A stretch of 64,000 bases of DNA from Candidatus Nanohaloarchaea archaeon (GTDB lineage: Archaea > Nanohalarchaeota > Nanosalinia > Nanosalinales > Nanosalinaceae), in assembly GCA_013343275.1 (NCBI GenBank), contig CP046106.1:608001-672000 (forward strand), in the 5' to 3' direction. Below are positions 20,745 through 31,243 of the stretch, piece after piece. How positions within the stretch are numbered: position 1 is the first letter of the stretch; every line of letters begins with the position of its first letter. A program made the position numbers and the translations under genes. Under the pieces are notes generated by a model. It had not been told where the DNA came from. It worked only from the letters and a program-made list of their open reading frames with translations, and made no database searches.

Positions 20745-22433
20745 CTAACCACGGAAGTAGTCCAGGAGGTCTTCCAGGTTTTCTGTATTGATTATGTTTT
20801 CTTTCTCGCACCAGCCGCGGCGGGCCTGTGATACTCCCAGGTGCAGTAGTTCCATCTCTGAGGTGGAGTGTGCGTCTGTTGAGATAACGTACTTTACTTT
20901 ATCGCGGTATTCCTTTACATTGGCCCAGTCCAGGTCAAGTCTTGCCGGCTGCGAATTGATTTCCAACGCCACATCTTCCTCCGAGGCCTTCTCTACAACT
21001 CTGTCGAGATCCAGATCAAGTGGCTCTCTCTCATTGATCTTCCTGTTCTGTGGATGTGCAATGATATCAACAGGGTAATCCTCCATAACCCAGATGAGAT
21101 CTTCCGTAGGATTTTCTGTAGGGTTATGCATCGCTACAACAACAAGATCGAACTCTCCGCAGGCCTCTTTCGAGACATCAAGGCCTTCATCTGTTATATT
21201 TGCTTCAATCCCGTGGAGAACTTCTACATCGTACTTTTCGTTTATTTCTTTGATTTCTTCTCTCTGTTCATCTATTTCGTCTTCTTCCAGGCCGTTTGCG
21301 ATCTGCAGGGAAGGCCCATGATCTGTAATCAGTATGTATTCGTGGCCTAGTTCTTCCGCTTTCTCCGCCAGTTCCTCTATACTGTCTCTGCCGTCGCTGT
21401 ACTTTGAGTGCATCTGAAGATCTCCTTTAACCTCTTCTCGCTCCACAAGATCCGGTAAGTTTTCTTTCTGGGCGGCTTCTACTTCTCCAGTATCTTCCCT
21501 CAGTTCTGGTTCTATGTAGTTCATCTGCAGCTTGTTGTAGATTCCTTCCTCAGTTTCTCCAGCGAGCTTGTTTTCATCGGAGTCGAAGAGGCCGTATTCA
21601 TTCAGTTTCCAGTCTTTCCTGGTTGCGATTGTTCTTACCGTTACGTTGTGGTCTTTGGATCCGGTGAAGTACTGTAGAGCTGCGCCGTAGCTTTCATCAT
21701 CAACTATTCTTAGATCTACCTGTAGGCCTCCGGAAACCTTTATTGAGGACTTGGTCTCTCCTTCTACCATTACTTCTTTTACATCACTTCCAGAGGTGAA
21801 ATCCTCCATTGCCTCCATTGCGTCATCTGCTGTCGCAAGGATATCAATATCTCCTACTGTAGGCCTTCTCCTGCGGAATGATCCAACTATGGTCACTCTA
21901 TTGTATTTTTCAGACTCTTCCATTTCTTCCCTGAGGTTCTGGGCGATCGGGAAGGCCTTTCCTATAAGCATCCTTTCCTGACCTTCTTTTGCCTGTTCTA
22001 TGTGCCCCAGGATCTTCCCCTGTGATTTTTTCCCGAAATCCTCTACCTCTTCTATCTTTCCTTCTTCCGCCGCTTGCTCAAGTTCATCGAGATCAGTAAC
22101 TTCGAGAGCTTTGTACAGTTTCTTCACTCTTTTCGGTCCCAGGCTTTCGACAGAGGTTAAGGCCTCTATATCTACAGGCAGTTCCTCTCTCAGCTGCTGA
22201 TAGTACTCCATTTCCCCGGTATCCAGGTATTCTGCGATCTTCTTGGCTATATTTTCTCCTACGCCATCAATTTCCTCGAGCTCTCCCCTCTCATGGATGT
22301 CTTCTATACTTTCTGATAGGGCCTCGATGTTCCTGGCTGCTCTCCTGTATGCCCGCGGCTTCCATTCAACTTCCTGCATCTCGAGGTAGTCAGCTATTTC
22401 GTACAGTTTGTCAGCTACTTCTTTGTTTTTCAT
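20745..22433 (-). CDS. polX: DNA polymerase X with PHP domain
   Basis: GSFRR, GDIDIL, YFTGSKDHN; PHP motifs HSKYSDG, TDH and TDAH. Confidence 0.96.
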   Translation of the reverse strand: MKNKEVADKLYEIADYLEMQEVEWKPRAYRRAARNIEALSESIEDIHERGELEEIDGVGENIAKKIAEYLDTGEMEYYQQLREELPVDIEALTSVESLGPKRVKKLYKALEVTDLDELEQAAEEGKIEEVEDFGKKSQGKILGHIEQAKEGQERMLIGKAFPIAQNLREEMEESEKYNRVTIVGSFRRRRPTVGDIDILATADDAMEAMEDFTSGSDVKEVMVEGETKSSIKVSGGLQVDLRIVDDESYGAALQYFTGSKDHNVTVRTIATRKDWKLNEYGLFDSDENKLAGETEEGIYNKLQMNYIEPELREDTGEVEAAQKENLPDLVEREEVKGDLQMHSKYSDGRDSIEELAEKAEELGHEYILITDHGPSLQIANGLEEDEIDEQREEIKEINEKYDVEVLHGIEANITDEGLDVSKEACGEFDLVVVAMHNPTENPTEDLIWVMEDYPVDIIAHPQNRKINEREPLDLDLDRVVEKASEEDVALEINSQPARLDLDWANVKEYRDKVKYVISTDAHSTSEMELLHLGVSQARRGWCEKENIINTENLEDLLDYFRG

Positions 22434-22539
22434 TCCTGGAAGCACCTCTCAGTTTAAGGGTTAAACATCTTGCCCTCCAGTTCTTACTTACAACTCCAGT
22501 CTTTTCAAAAAACCTCAGAAAACGCGAAAAGGTAGAAAT

Positions 22540-23094
22540 ATGAGCGATAAAGCAGTTCTAGTCGGCAGATTCCAGCCCTTTCACCAGGGCCACAGAGAAG
22601 TAGTTGAGGAATACATAGATGAGCACGAACTAGCTATCGCTATCGGCAGTGCCAACGAGGAAGGCTCCGAGGAAAACCCTCTTAGCTTCGAGGAGAGAAA
22701 AGAAATCATCAGAGCCTGCTACCCTGAAATAGAGGTGGTTGGCCTGGAAGACTTTGATGAGGACGAGGAAGGCAACTTCAGATGGCTGAAGGAATTGAAG
22801 GAAAATACTTCTGCTGAGAAAGTTATTTCCCAGAATAACCTTGTCAAGAGACTGGTTCGAGAAGACGGCGAGCTGGAGCTTGTAGAACAGGATATGCATG
22901 AGCCCAGCATCTACTCAGGGACCGAGGTACGGAGGAGGATAAAGTCCGGCGAGGAATGGAGATATCTTGTACCTGGATGTGCAGAGGACAGAATCGCCGA
23001 AAAGATCGAGAAGATAAAGGAGTCCGGAATACAGTACGAGTTCGAGCCAGGATGGGAGCCTAAGAACTCCTACCACGACACATACGAAAAATAG
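22540..23094 (+). CDS. nadM: nicotinamide-nucleotide adenylyltransferase
   Basis: GRFQPFHQGH, NPLSFEER and SGTEVR motifs. Confidence 0.9.
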   Translation: MSDKAVLVGRFQPFHQGHREVVEEYIDEHELAIAIGSANEEGSEENPLSFEERKEIIRACYPEIEVVGLEDFDEDEEGNFRWLKELKENTSAEKVISQNNLVKRLVREDGELELVEQDMHEPSIYSGTEVRRRIKSGEEWRYLVPGCAEDRIAEKIEKIKESGIQYEFEPGWEPKNSYHDTYEK

Positions 23095-23862
23095 TCACTC
23101 TTTAAGAACTGCAGGGATAAAATCCAGCAGATCAGTAGCTACAAGGCCATTACCGTGCTCTTCAAAGACTTTTTCTCCAGCACGGCCATTTACATAGGCA
23201 GCCAATCTTGAGGCCTCTACATCAGCAAGGTCTTGAGACCTGAAACCAGCAACTAGCCCCGCCAGTACATCACCTGTTCCTCCAACAGTCATTCCTGCGC
23301 AGCCAGTGTCGTTCTCGAAAACAGTTTCCTCGGAGAAAACTTTATCGACCTCTCCTTTCAGAAGCACGGTACTACCTGTTTCAGCTGCAAAGTCTTTCTC
23401 TGAACCGTACTCCTGTCTTATTGCCTCTGCTTCTCCAGAATGAGGAGTAAAAATATTATCCGTGAACTCGAGCAACGGCTCTATAGCTGCTGCATCCACA
23501 ACAAGTCTTCCTGCCTCCTCGGCGAACTCCTTGAGAGTTACAGGATCGAAATCTACCAGTCCAGCCCCTACAACAGTTGTATCGGCCCATTCTTCAAGCT
23601 CCCAGGCCTTCCTAAGAGATCCTTCATCGAAAGTTTCTCCATAGCTCTCCACAATCAGGTTTTCAGAGAAACCCTGTACTACAGGTTTTGCATCTTCCGA
23701 GGTCAGAACCTTCACGAGGTCGGCTCCTGATCTGAGAGCGGCCTGAGCTGCAAGAGCTGGTGCACCAGTGTACTTCTCACTGCCTCCTATCACGAGTACC
23801 TTGCCGTTCTGACCCTTATGAGATCCTGAATCTCTATGAATTTTCTGCAGAAGCTGTTCCAT
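23095..23862 (-). CDS. nnrD: ADP-dependent NAD(P)H-hydrate dehydratase (standalone)
   Basis: SHKGQNG, YTGAP, TPHSGE and GGTGDVLAG motifs. Confidence 0.93.
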   Translation of the reverse strand: MEQLLQKIHRDSGSHKGQNGKVLVIGGSEKYTGAPALAAQAALRSGADLVKVLTSEDAKPVVQGFSENLIVESYGETFDEGSLRKAWELEEWADTTVVGAGLVDFDPVTLKEFAEEAGRLVVDAAAIEPLLEFTDNIFTPHSGEAEAIRQEYGSEKDFAAETGSTVLLKGEVDKVFSEETVFENDTGCAGMTVGGTGDVLAGLVAGFRSQDLADVEASRLAAYVNGRAGEKVFEEHGNGLVATDLLDFIPAVLKE

Positions 23863-23958
23863 AAACACGTATTATTTACAGTTCTCTGCTGAAAAAGCTG
23901 TACCAGTCTTCAAGTAATTCTTTTTATTCAGGCTGGAGAAATTGTGTTACGTGATATT

Positions 23959-24984
23959 ATGGTAAAAGTCGTTGTAAACGGAATAGGTACTATCGGCAAG
24001 AGAGTTGCCGAGGCCGTCAGAAAACAGGAAGACATGCAGCTTTACGGTATTGCAGATGTCTCTCCATCAGGACAGTTAAAAGATGAATTAAGCGAGGAAG
24101 GAGGCCTTCATGGAACCCCGCTCTATGCATCCAATCAGGACGGGCTTGAAAACCTGTCAGATGCTGGAATGCATGTAGAAGGCCTGTTGGAGGAGGAAGT
24201 CGATGAAATAGATGTAGTAGTTGACTGCACCCCTTCAGGAGTCGACCAGATGAACAAGGAAAACCTGTACGAGCCGAACAATATCAAGGCGATCTTCGAG
24301 GGCGGAGCCGACTCTGAAATAGCACCAGTATCCTTTAACGCAGATGCCAACTACGACGAGGCCCGCGGAGAGGACTTTGTAAGAGTTGTATCCTGCAACA
24401 CCACTTCACTCTCCAGGACCATGGATGCAGTTGAATCAAGCTTTGAGATAGAGAAAGCAACTGCGAATCTGGTCAGAAGAGGGGGCGACATCCCTCAGGA
24501 CTCCAGAGGCCCTATCAACTCCACAATCCCAGTTACAGAGGTTCCTTCACACCACGGGCCTGATGTACAGGAAGTGATGCCGGATTTAGATATCAAGACG
24601 CTGGCTGTGAAAGTTCCTACGACGTACGGCCACGTGCATATGGTGACAGCGGAGCTGGAGAGCAATCCTTCAGAAGAAGATGTGAAAGCTGCATTCAGAG
24701 AGCAGCCTCGTGTCGAAGTTCTCAGCGCGGGCGAAGGATATGACTCTACCGCGAAGATCCACGAGAAGATGAGGGATCTGGGCCGGAAGAGAAGCGATAT
24801 GCAGGAGGCCGCTGTCTGGGAGGAAACCATTACTGTAGAGGACGGCACCCTGTACTGGATCCACATGGTGCATCAGGAGGCAATTGTGGTACCCGAGAAC
24901 ATCGATGCTATCCGGGCCATGTTCGAGACGGAGGACCAGGAGACTAGTATCGAGATGACCAACGACTCGATGGGTATCGAGTAG
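23959..24984 (+). CDS. gap: archaeal type II glyceraldehyde-3-phosphate dehydrogenase
   Basis: NGIGTIGKRVA, VVSCNTT, SHHGPDV and HQEAIVVPENIDAIRA motifs. Confidence 0.96.
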   Translation: MVKVVVNGIGTIGKRVAEAVRKQEDMQLYGIADVSPSGQLKDELSEEGGLHGTPLYASNQDGLENLSDAGMHVEGLLEEEVDEIDVVVDCTPSGVDQMNKENLYEPNNIKAIFEGGADSEIAPVSFNADANYDEARGEDFVRVVSCNTTSLSRTMDAVESSFEIEKATANLVRRGGDIPQDSRGPINSTIPVTEVPSHHGPDVQEVMPDLDIKTLAVKVPTTYGHVHMVTAELESNPSEEDVKAAFREQPRVEVLSAGEGYDSTAKIHEKMRDLGRKRSDMQEAAVWEETITVEDGTLYWIHMVHQEAIVVPENIDAIRAMFETEDQETSIEMTNDSMGIE

Positions 24985-25031
24985 TCCTATTCACCTTTCC
25001 TATTTTATTTCTCATCTATCTATTCTGAACT

Positions 25032-26069
25032 GTGGACAGGAAAATCTTGATGCTTGGCTGGGGATTCCCTCCGAAGATAGAGGGCGGTCTTGACATACAT
25101 GTAGCACATCTATTCGAGGAGCTGCGGAAGAAGGATATCGATGTAGATCTGGCGCTGCCAGAGGAGTACGCACCAGCCATGAATGATGTTACCGCGCTGG
25201 AGACAGAGTCAGAGCATATTCTGCCGCAGTCACGGGAGATCTCCTCAAAGGTTGCAGAACTGGCCAAGGACTACGATATAGTTCATACCCACGACTGGTT
25301 TGGAAGCGAGGCCGGTCTCAAGTCAAAGAAGTACTCGGGCGTGAAATGGGTTTCGACCCTGCACTCACTAAGCAGCCAGAGATCAAGGAGCACAAATGAG
25401 GAAGGCCTGAAGCTGGAGAGAGCGGCAGCAGAGAAATCTGACACCCTGATAACTGTGAGCAACAAGCTAGCTGAAGAGGTTAAATCAGAGTTCAACACTT
25501 CGGCCCAGGTAATCCACAACGGATTCTCAAGCAAGAAGAAAAAAGGTAGAGACATGAAAGAAGAACTAGGAATAGAAAACAACATGATTTTCTTTGTAGG
25601 CCGGCATGCAGAGCAAAAAGGTCTCGAACACCTGCTATATGGATTTAAGAAGTTCTTGGAGGAGGAAGACGGAGTGCTTGTGCTTGGAGGCGAAGGCCAC
25701 ATGAGTGAAGCGCTACAGGACTTCGCAGAGATACTTGGTATAGATGAAAAAGTACTGTTCCCTGGCTTTATCCCTGAAGGAGATCTAGGAGACTACTACA
25801 GTTCTGCAGATGTATTTGTCTCCCCTTCGCTGAACGAACCTTTCGGACTTACTCTTACCGAGGCCCTAGAGCACCAGACTCCTGTAGTTGCTGCTGAAAG
25901 CGGGGCTGAAGAGATACTGCCCGACAATACTATCATCAAAGTCGAGCCTGACTCCAGCGAGATAAGTGCGGGTATTTCAGAGGCCTTAGATAAAGAGATC
26001 AGCAGTATAGAGGGCCGGAGCTGGGAAGAAGTTGCAGAGGAAACACTCGAAGTTTACAGGGATCTGTAG
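25032..26069 (+). CDS. GT4 glycosyltransferase (glycogen locus)
   Basis: GWGFPP..GGL, HTHDW and EPFGLTLTEA motifs. Confidence 0.92.
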   Translation: MDRKILMLGWGFPPKIEGGLDIHVAHLFEELRKKDIDVDLALPEEYAPAMNDVTALETESEHILPQSREISSKVAELAKDYDIVHTHDWFGSEAGLKSKKYSGVKWVSTLHSLSSQRSRSTNEEGLKLERAAAEKSDTLITVSNKLAEEVKSEFNTSAQVIHNGFSSKKKKGRDMKEELGIENNMIFFVGRHAEQKGLEHLLYGFKKFLEEEDGVLVLGGEGHMSEALQDFAEILGIDEKVLFPGFIPEGDLGDYYSSADVFVSPSLNEPFGLTLTEALEHQTPVVAAESGAEEILPDNTIIKVEPDSSEISAGISEALDKEISSIEGRSWEEVAEETLEVYRDL

Positions 26070-26074
26070 CAAAT

Positions 26075-26302
26075 CTATCCCAGTATTTCGAAATCCGATA
26101 TTTCGCCTTCATGCACCAACTGATAGCCGAAATCAGTGCTTCTGAGGCCTTCATAGCTTTCAGCATAGTAACTTGTATTGTTATCTGATTCTTCAGGCAG
26201 GTAGATCCTCTCTTCTTCGCCTTCTACCGCTACCGCTATCTTCCTGTCGGTGTGAATGTCGATCTGGCTTCCTTTCTCTGTTTCCTGTATCCGGACATCC
26301 AT
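26075..26302 (-). CDS. small hypothetical protein
   Basis: ATG start, acidic, fills the gap between genes; ERIYLP motif. Confidence 0.7.
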   Translation of the reverse strand: MDVRIQETEKGSQIDIHTDRKIAVAVEGEEERIYLPEESDNNTSYYAESYEGLRSTDFGYQLVHEGEISDFEILG

Positions 26303-26372
26303 AAGAAGTTATACTTCACGGCAGTTTTTAACGACCGTGGCCGATTTAAACGAGGTTAAAGAAAACCTTTCT

Positions 26373-27587
26373 ATGACAGATCTAACCCTTTCATTCGAAG
26401 TGCATCAGCCTCACAGATTGAGGATCGACGGAGTAAAAGAGGATGCAGAAGACCTCTACGACAGGTATTTCGATGACGAAATGAATGAGCACTTCTTCAA
26501 GGATGTGGCCGAGAACTGCTACTTTCCTGCAACCGAGAGGCTTTTGAGGGCGGCCAGAGAGCTGGAAGGTACAGAAAACGAGCTGGTTGTGAACTTCTCG
26601 ATCTCCAGCTCCTGGATCGAACAGGCAGAGAAATATCACCCGGAACTGATCGACATGCTGAACAAGTTCCCTGAGGACAGCATAGATTTCATCGGGCAGG
26701 CCCACTACCACAGCCTTGCAGGCCTTTTCTTCGACAAAGAGGAGTTCAGGTGGCAGATCAACAGGCACCGCGACATCATTGAGGAGAAGTTCGGCGTAAG
26801 GCCTCAGGTCATGACCAACACCGAGCTAATCTACCACAACGAGATAGGTAAAGTTGCCGCAGAGGAAGGCTACGAAGGCATTTTTACGGAGGGCGCTGAA
26901 AGAATACTGGGCTGGAGATCTCCTAACCACGCGTACACTCAGCCAGATTTCATGGATGGAGAGAAAACCAGCATCTTGCTGAGAAACCGTGAGCTTACAG
27001 ACGATGTTGGCTACCGTTTCTCTGCGGAGTGGTGGAGCGAATACCCGCTGACCGCTGACAAATACGCAGCCTGGCTTGACGAAGAGGAAGGCGACATGAT
27101 CAACCTGTTCATGGACTACGAAACATTTGGAGAGCATCACTGGGAGGGAACCGGAATACTGTGGTTCCTGGAAGATCTGCCGCATGAGGTAGCAGATAGG
27201 GAGGACCTTCAGTTCAGGAAAGTGCGCGAAGTAGCTGAGAAAGAACCTGTCGGCGAGTTCGATGCCTTCGAATACAACACCGTTTCCTGGGCCGACCAGG
27301 AGATGGACGCCTCCGCCTGGCTTGGAAACCCTATGCAGAAGATGCTCTTCGAAAAACTTCAGGAACTTGAGGACAAAGTAAAAGATCTTGACGATCCCGA
27401 AGTCAAGGATGTCTGGAGAAAATTCCTCACCTCCGATCATCTGCACCATATCGCGACAAAAACCATGGACGACGGTTCAGTGCATAACTACTTCTCATAC
27501 TTCGATCACCCACACCAAGGTTTCGCAGTTATCACAGAACACATAATGGATTTCCAGCAGCAGGTCGAGAAAAAGTTAAGAGAGTAG
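26373..27587 (+). CDS. GH57 alpha-amylase family protein
   Basis: FEVHQP, NTELIY, DYETFGEHH and LTSDHL motifs. Confidence 0.95.
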   Translation: MTDLTLSFEVHQPHRLRIDGVKEDAEDLYDRYFDDEMNEHFFKDVAENCYFPATERLLRAARELEGTENELVVNFSISSSWIEQAEKYHPELIDMLNKFPEDSIDFIGQAHYHSLAGLFFDKEEFRWQINRHRDIIEEKFGVRPQVMTNTELIYHNEIGKVAAEEGYEGIFTEGAERILGWRSPNHAYTQPDFMDGEKTSILLRNRELTDDVGYRFSAEWWSEYPLTADKYAAWLDEEEGDMINLFMDYETFGEHHWEGTGILWFLEDLPHEVADREDLQFRKVREVAEKEPVGEFDAFEYNTVSWADQEMDASAWLGNPMQKMLFEKLQELEDKVKDLDDPEVKDVWRKFLTSDHLHHIATKTMDDGSVHNYFSYFDHPHQGFAVITEHIMDFQQQVEKKLRE

Positions 27588-27600
27588 CTTATTATCCTAG

Positions 27601-28563
27601 TTAGTCTCTAGAATCATTCAAAAATATTTGATTATTATCGAAACCTTCCTCTGGAAACAAATCTCCATATAACTCCACATAACTATCCACTTTCTCCTTA
27701 AATTCTTCGTTGTTACCTGATTCAGCGCTTACTTCCCAGTTCTTCGCCCAGTTTATGATATCATTCAGCAATATTGCTCGCTCTTTGAATTCAGCTACAG
27801 AAAATATCTCTTCTTTTCTCACTTCCATCTTGTCAGCGTAATCCCGAAGAGTCTCTTTATAGAAGTCTCTATCTAGACCTTCGTGTATATACATGAATAC
27901 TATTTCTCCCTCAGGATTATTGTTTAGACCAGCTCTCTCCCAGTCAATTAACCGGGGATCTTGAGGCGAACCGATAAGAGAGCTCGAGATATCTCCATGA
28001 ACGAACCCAGTTCTTCCCGACGGAATTTTCCCAGCCTCCTTCTTCACTGCTTCAAGCTGTTCGGAGATCCAGTCCATGAAGTCAGAAGAGAATTTATTTC
28101 CCTCAATATCTTCGTACCGCTGTACCCCAAACTGCTCAACATCTTCTTCCGGAGTATTAGTGTTTCTCAGTATATCTTCAGGAATCTTTCTCTGCAGTGC
28201 TTCAGTGTCTAAAGAGTGAATATCAGCAAAGATCTGTGCCAGTCTTTCCGGAGGCAGTTCTTGAGGATCAATAACATCTCCCTCTATATACTCTATGAGT
28301 TCAGTTTCTTTTTCCGAGAAGTATCTTACAGGTTCAGGAGAATAACCAAAGTTCAAGCATTCAAGAGCCTCTAGTACCCTGTACTCTATTTCTAGTCTAT
28401 TCTCCTCTTCAATATCAGGCCGGTTACAGCGGTAGACAAAATAGTCCCCATCTATTTCGACAGTGAAGTTCCAGTTGCTGTAGCCTGTCTTCCTATCGAG
28501 AACCGAAATATTTCCATCAAACTGTTCTTCGAGATAAAACTTAACCTCTTCTTGCTTAACCAT
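27601..28563 (-). CDS. aminoglycoside phosphotransferase/choline kinase family protein
   Basis: GYSN, VHGDI and LIDWE motifs. Confidence 0.85.
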   Translation of the reverse strand: MVKQEEVKFYLEEQFDGNISVLDRKTGYSNWNFTVEIDGDYFVYRCNRPDIEEENRLEIEYRVLEALECLNFGYSPEPVRYFSEKETELIEYIEGDVIDPQELPPERLAQIFADIHSLDTEALQRKIPEDILRNTNTPEEDVEQFGVQRYEDIEGNKFSSDFMDWISEQLEAVKKEAGKIPSGRTGFVHGDISSSLIGSPQDPRLIDWERAGLNNNPEGEIVFMYIHEGLDRDFYKETLRDYADKMEVRKEEIFSVAEFKERAILLNDIINWAKNWEVSAESGNNEEFKEKVDSYVELYGDLFPEEGFDNNQIFLNDSRD

Positions 28564-28773
28564 GAAAAATTCGCCTTCTCGAAAAAGAAATTTAGTTGGG
28601 AAACTTATTAACTTGCCGAGAGCAGTTGTAGTTGATATCCAGCAAGTTAAGCTCTATTAAGGAGATTGAATAGGTAAGATGAATTTAGAGATGGCAAAAT
28701 TCTATTAAGCGCTATTTACTAGCATAGTATTGAAAAATCTAGAAATAAAAAATCTGGCTTAGACAAATTAGAC

Positions 28774-29481
28774 GTGACAACAGAGAAACATCAGATAGAG
28801 GTTGAAAACGGAGAAGAAATCTCCGCAGTACACCACAAATCAGATTCTGACAAATGGATTTTCTTCTGCCATGGATTCGGAAGCAACAAGGAAGGTAGCT
28901 ATGAGGCCCGTGCTGAGAGAGCTGTTGAAGAAGGATTTAACGCGGCAAGATTTGATTTCAGAGGTAACGGTGAGAGCGATGGCTGTTTCAAGGAACAGTT
29001 CCTTAGCGACAAAATAGATGATCTCAAGGCCTGTGTTGAGTATTTTGATCCGGACAGAGTTCTTCTCTTCGGTATGAGCTTCGGTGGGAAAGTGGTATTC
29101 CACGCGGCCAGAGATGTGGATGCTGAGGTCGTTGTCGGCAAGTCTCCGGTAACCTACAACTCTGTGATGGATAAGTTCCGGGAGGCCGTTGAGGAGAATG
29201 GAGAGTTCACGTTGTTCGAAGATAAAACAATTACAGCAGATTTCTACACAGATCTAGATACTTACGACTTCCGTGAAGCAGTTGAAGGCCTCGACGTTCC
29301 AGTAGCTATTTTCCATGGCGGTGCCGATACCACAGTTCACTTCGAGAACTCTGCCAAGGCTGTTAAAGAGTTAGATGGCGAAGCCCTGCTTTACAAGCTG
29401 AAAGGTGAGAAGCACTCTCTAAGCGATGATGGAGAAGCAAAGATGCAGGACATGATGTTCTCCTGGCTAGAGAACCTTTAA
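28774..29481 (+). CDS. alpha/beta hydrolase
   Basis: CHGFGS, DFRGNGES, GMSFGG nucleophile, HGGADTTV, EKH. Confidence 0.92.
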   Translation: MTTEKHQIEVENGEEISAVHHKSDSDKWIFFCHGFGSNKEGSYEARAERAVEEGFNAARFDFRGNGESDGCFKEQFLSDKIDDLKACVEYFDPDRVLLFGMSFGGKVVFHAARDVDAEVVVGKSPVTYNSVMDKFREAVEENGEFTLFEDKTITADFYTDLDTYDFREAVEGLDVPVAIFHGGADTTVHFENSAKAVKELDGEALLYKLKGEKHSLSDDGEAKMQDMMFSWLENL

Positions 29482-29482
29482 T

Positions 29483-30625
29483 TTATCTAAGCGCATCCTG
29501 GTAGATGCCAGTTGTCCAGGCAGAGATCTGCTCCCACTGGAAGTTCTCTTCGACTCTTTCACGGGCGTTGTCGCCCATCCAGTTGTTCCATCCAGGATCT
29601 TCCAGCGCGCGGTTGACCTGGTGAGCAATCGAGTTAGGGTCAGCAGGATAGGAGTGAAGGCCCGTGTATTCATGAACGATTGTATCTTTCATTCCGCCTA
29701 CGTAGCTGCCGACAGTCATTGTTTCAGATGCCGCAGCTTCCAGAGGCACGATACCGAACGGTTCGTAGACGCTCGGCGTCACCATCATTTCAGCATGCTT
29801 CATAAGGCCTAGAAGCTCTCTATCAGATACGTAGCCTGGGAAATGTACTTTGTCGCCCATCTTTGACTTGGCCATATCCCTGTAGTACTCTGTTGCACCG
29901 CTGCCACACATGACAAACTTGGCCTCCTCGTACTGATCCGTTATCTGCGGCATGGCCTCTATAAGATGGCCTGGGCCTTTCTGAGGATACATGCGGCCTA
30001 CGAAAAGAACTATTTTCTCCCAGTCCAGCGCGTAATCATTGTGATTTATACTGTGAGAATGGTTGTCAAACTTCTCAAGATCGACGCCATTCGGAATATA
30101 GTTTATCTTGTTCTCCGGAACATCGTAAAGATGTTTAACCTCTTCAGAGAACTCTCTTCCAACAGTTATCACCTGAGAGGCCTCATAGGTACCGTACCAC
30201 TCCAGATTGTGAATAGTCTCCTGATACTCCGAGTCCCTGCCGTCACGGCCTTCCTGTGTGGAGTGAACTGTGAAAACCATCGGAAGATTCAGAGTCTTCT
30301 TGATACCTGTAGCGCCAGGAACCGCCATCCAGTCATGCGCATGCACCAAGTCGAAATCCTTCTTCTTGCTCAGCTCGATGGCTTTTTTCTCCATCTGGTG
30401 GCCTAGATGCATCGCCCAGGAGATTGTATCGCTGGCAGAGTCCGTCGCCGGAACCCTGTGAATCTCGACGCCATCACGGTACTCAGATTCCTCTGTGTCT
30501 CCATACGAAATAACTACGGGATCGTGTCCTTGCGAGGCCATGGTAGTGGCTAGGTCTTCGCAGTGAGCTGCTATACCTCCTGCCTTATACGGCGGGTACT
30601 CCCATGTGATAAATAAAGGCCTCAT
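29483..30625 (-). CDS. GT4 glycosyltransferase
   Basis: WEYPP..GGI, HAHDW and PSVYEPFGIVPLEA motifs. Confidence 0.95.
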   Translation of the reverse strand: MRPLFITWEYPPYKAGGIAAHCEDLATTMASQGHDPVVISYGDTEESEYRDGVEIHRVPATDSASDTISWAMHLGHQMEKKAIELSKKKDFDLVHAHDWMAVPGATGIKKTLNLPMVFTVHSTQEGRDGRDSEYQETIHNLEWYGTYEASQVITVGREFSEEVKHLYDVPENKINYIPNGVDLEKFDNHSHSINHNDYALDWEKIVLFVGRMYPQKGPGHLIEAMPQITDQYEEAKFVMCGSGATEYYRDMAKSKMGDKVHFPGYVSDRELLGLMKHAEMMVTPSVYEPFGIVPLEAAASETMTVGSYVGGMKDTIVHEYTGLHSYPADPNSIAHQVNRALEDPGWNNWMGDNARERVEENFQWEQISAWTTGIYQDALR

Positions 30626-30631
30626 ATGTAT

Positions 30632-31243
30632 CTAGTTCTCCTGAACCGCTTTTTCCTCTTGTTTAACTATTTGCTTGTATTCGTTTAAAATTCTTGACTG
30701 CCAGTCATGGCTGTAAGGGTCTACAGCCTTCAGCTTTTCCTCTGGGACATCTAAGTCGAATAAAACCGAGTTCTTGGTATCTTCTTTTGTTACAAACACC
30801 TTGTCGGCCTCGAAGGTTCCCTGCCACTCCAGCTCAGAGATAAGCTCTGCATGATCTCCTTCAAAACCTCTCTCATTTTCAGTCGAGTGAATGGTAACTG
30901 CCAGGGGAAGCTCAAGATGTTTCTGCAGAGATACCCCTCCAGGAACTGTAATCCAGTCGTTGCAGTGTATAATATCATAATTCTCTGCCTCTATAATCTC
31001 TCTGGCCCTGTTCTTCAACTCGTTGTTCATCATCATAGCCCAGTTGTAAATATTGTCACCTTCAAAAGGCAGAGGCACTTTCTGAACATCCACTCTATCA
31101 TCGACGTGATACTCGGCCATATCATCGAAGGAAACTATAGTTGCTTGATGGCCCTGATCAACAAGATATTCTGCCAGGTTCTTACAGTACTCTGACACAC
31201 CTTCTCCATCTCTAAACTCTTTGGCAAGCAGAAGTACTTTCAT
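30632..31243 (-). CDS. GT4 N-terminal domain-only protein
   Basis: HCNDW, TIHSTE and ELEW motifs; no C-terminal EPFG nucleotide-sugar domain. Confidence 0.85.
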   Translation of the reverse strand: MKVLLLAKEFRDGEGVSEYCKNLAEYLVDQGHQATIVSFDDMAEYHVDDRVDVQKVPLPFEGDNIYNWAMMMNNELKNRAREIIEAENYDIIHCNDWITVPGGVSLQKHLELPLAVTIHSTENERGFEGDHAELISELEWQGTFEADKVFVTKEDTKNSVLFDLDVPEEKLKAVDPYSHDWQSRILNEYKQIVKQEEKAVQEN

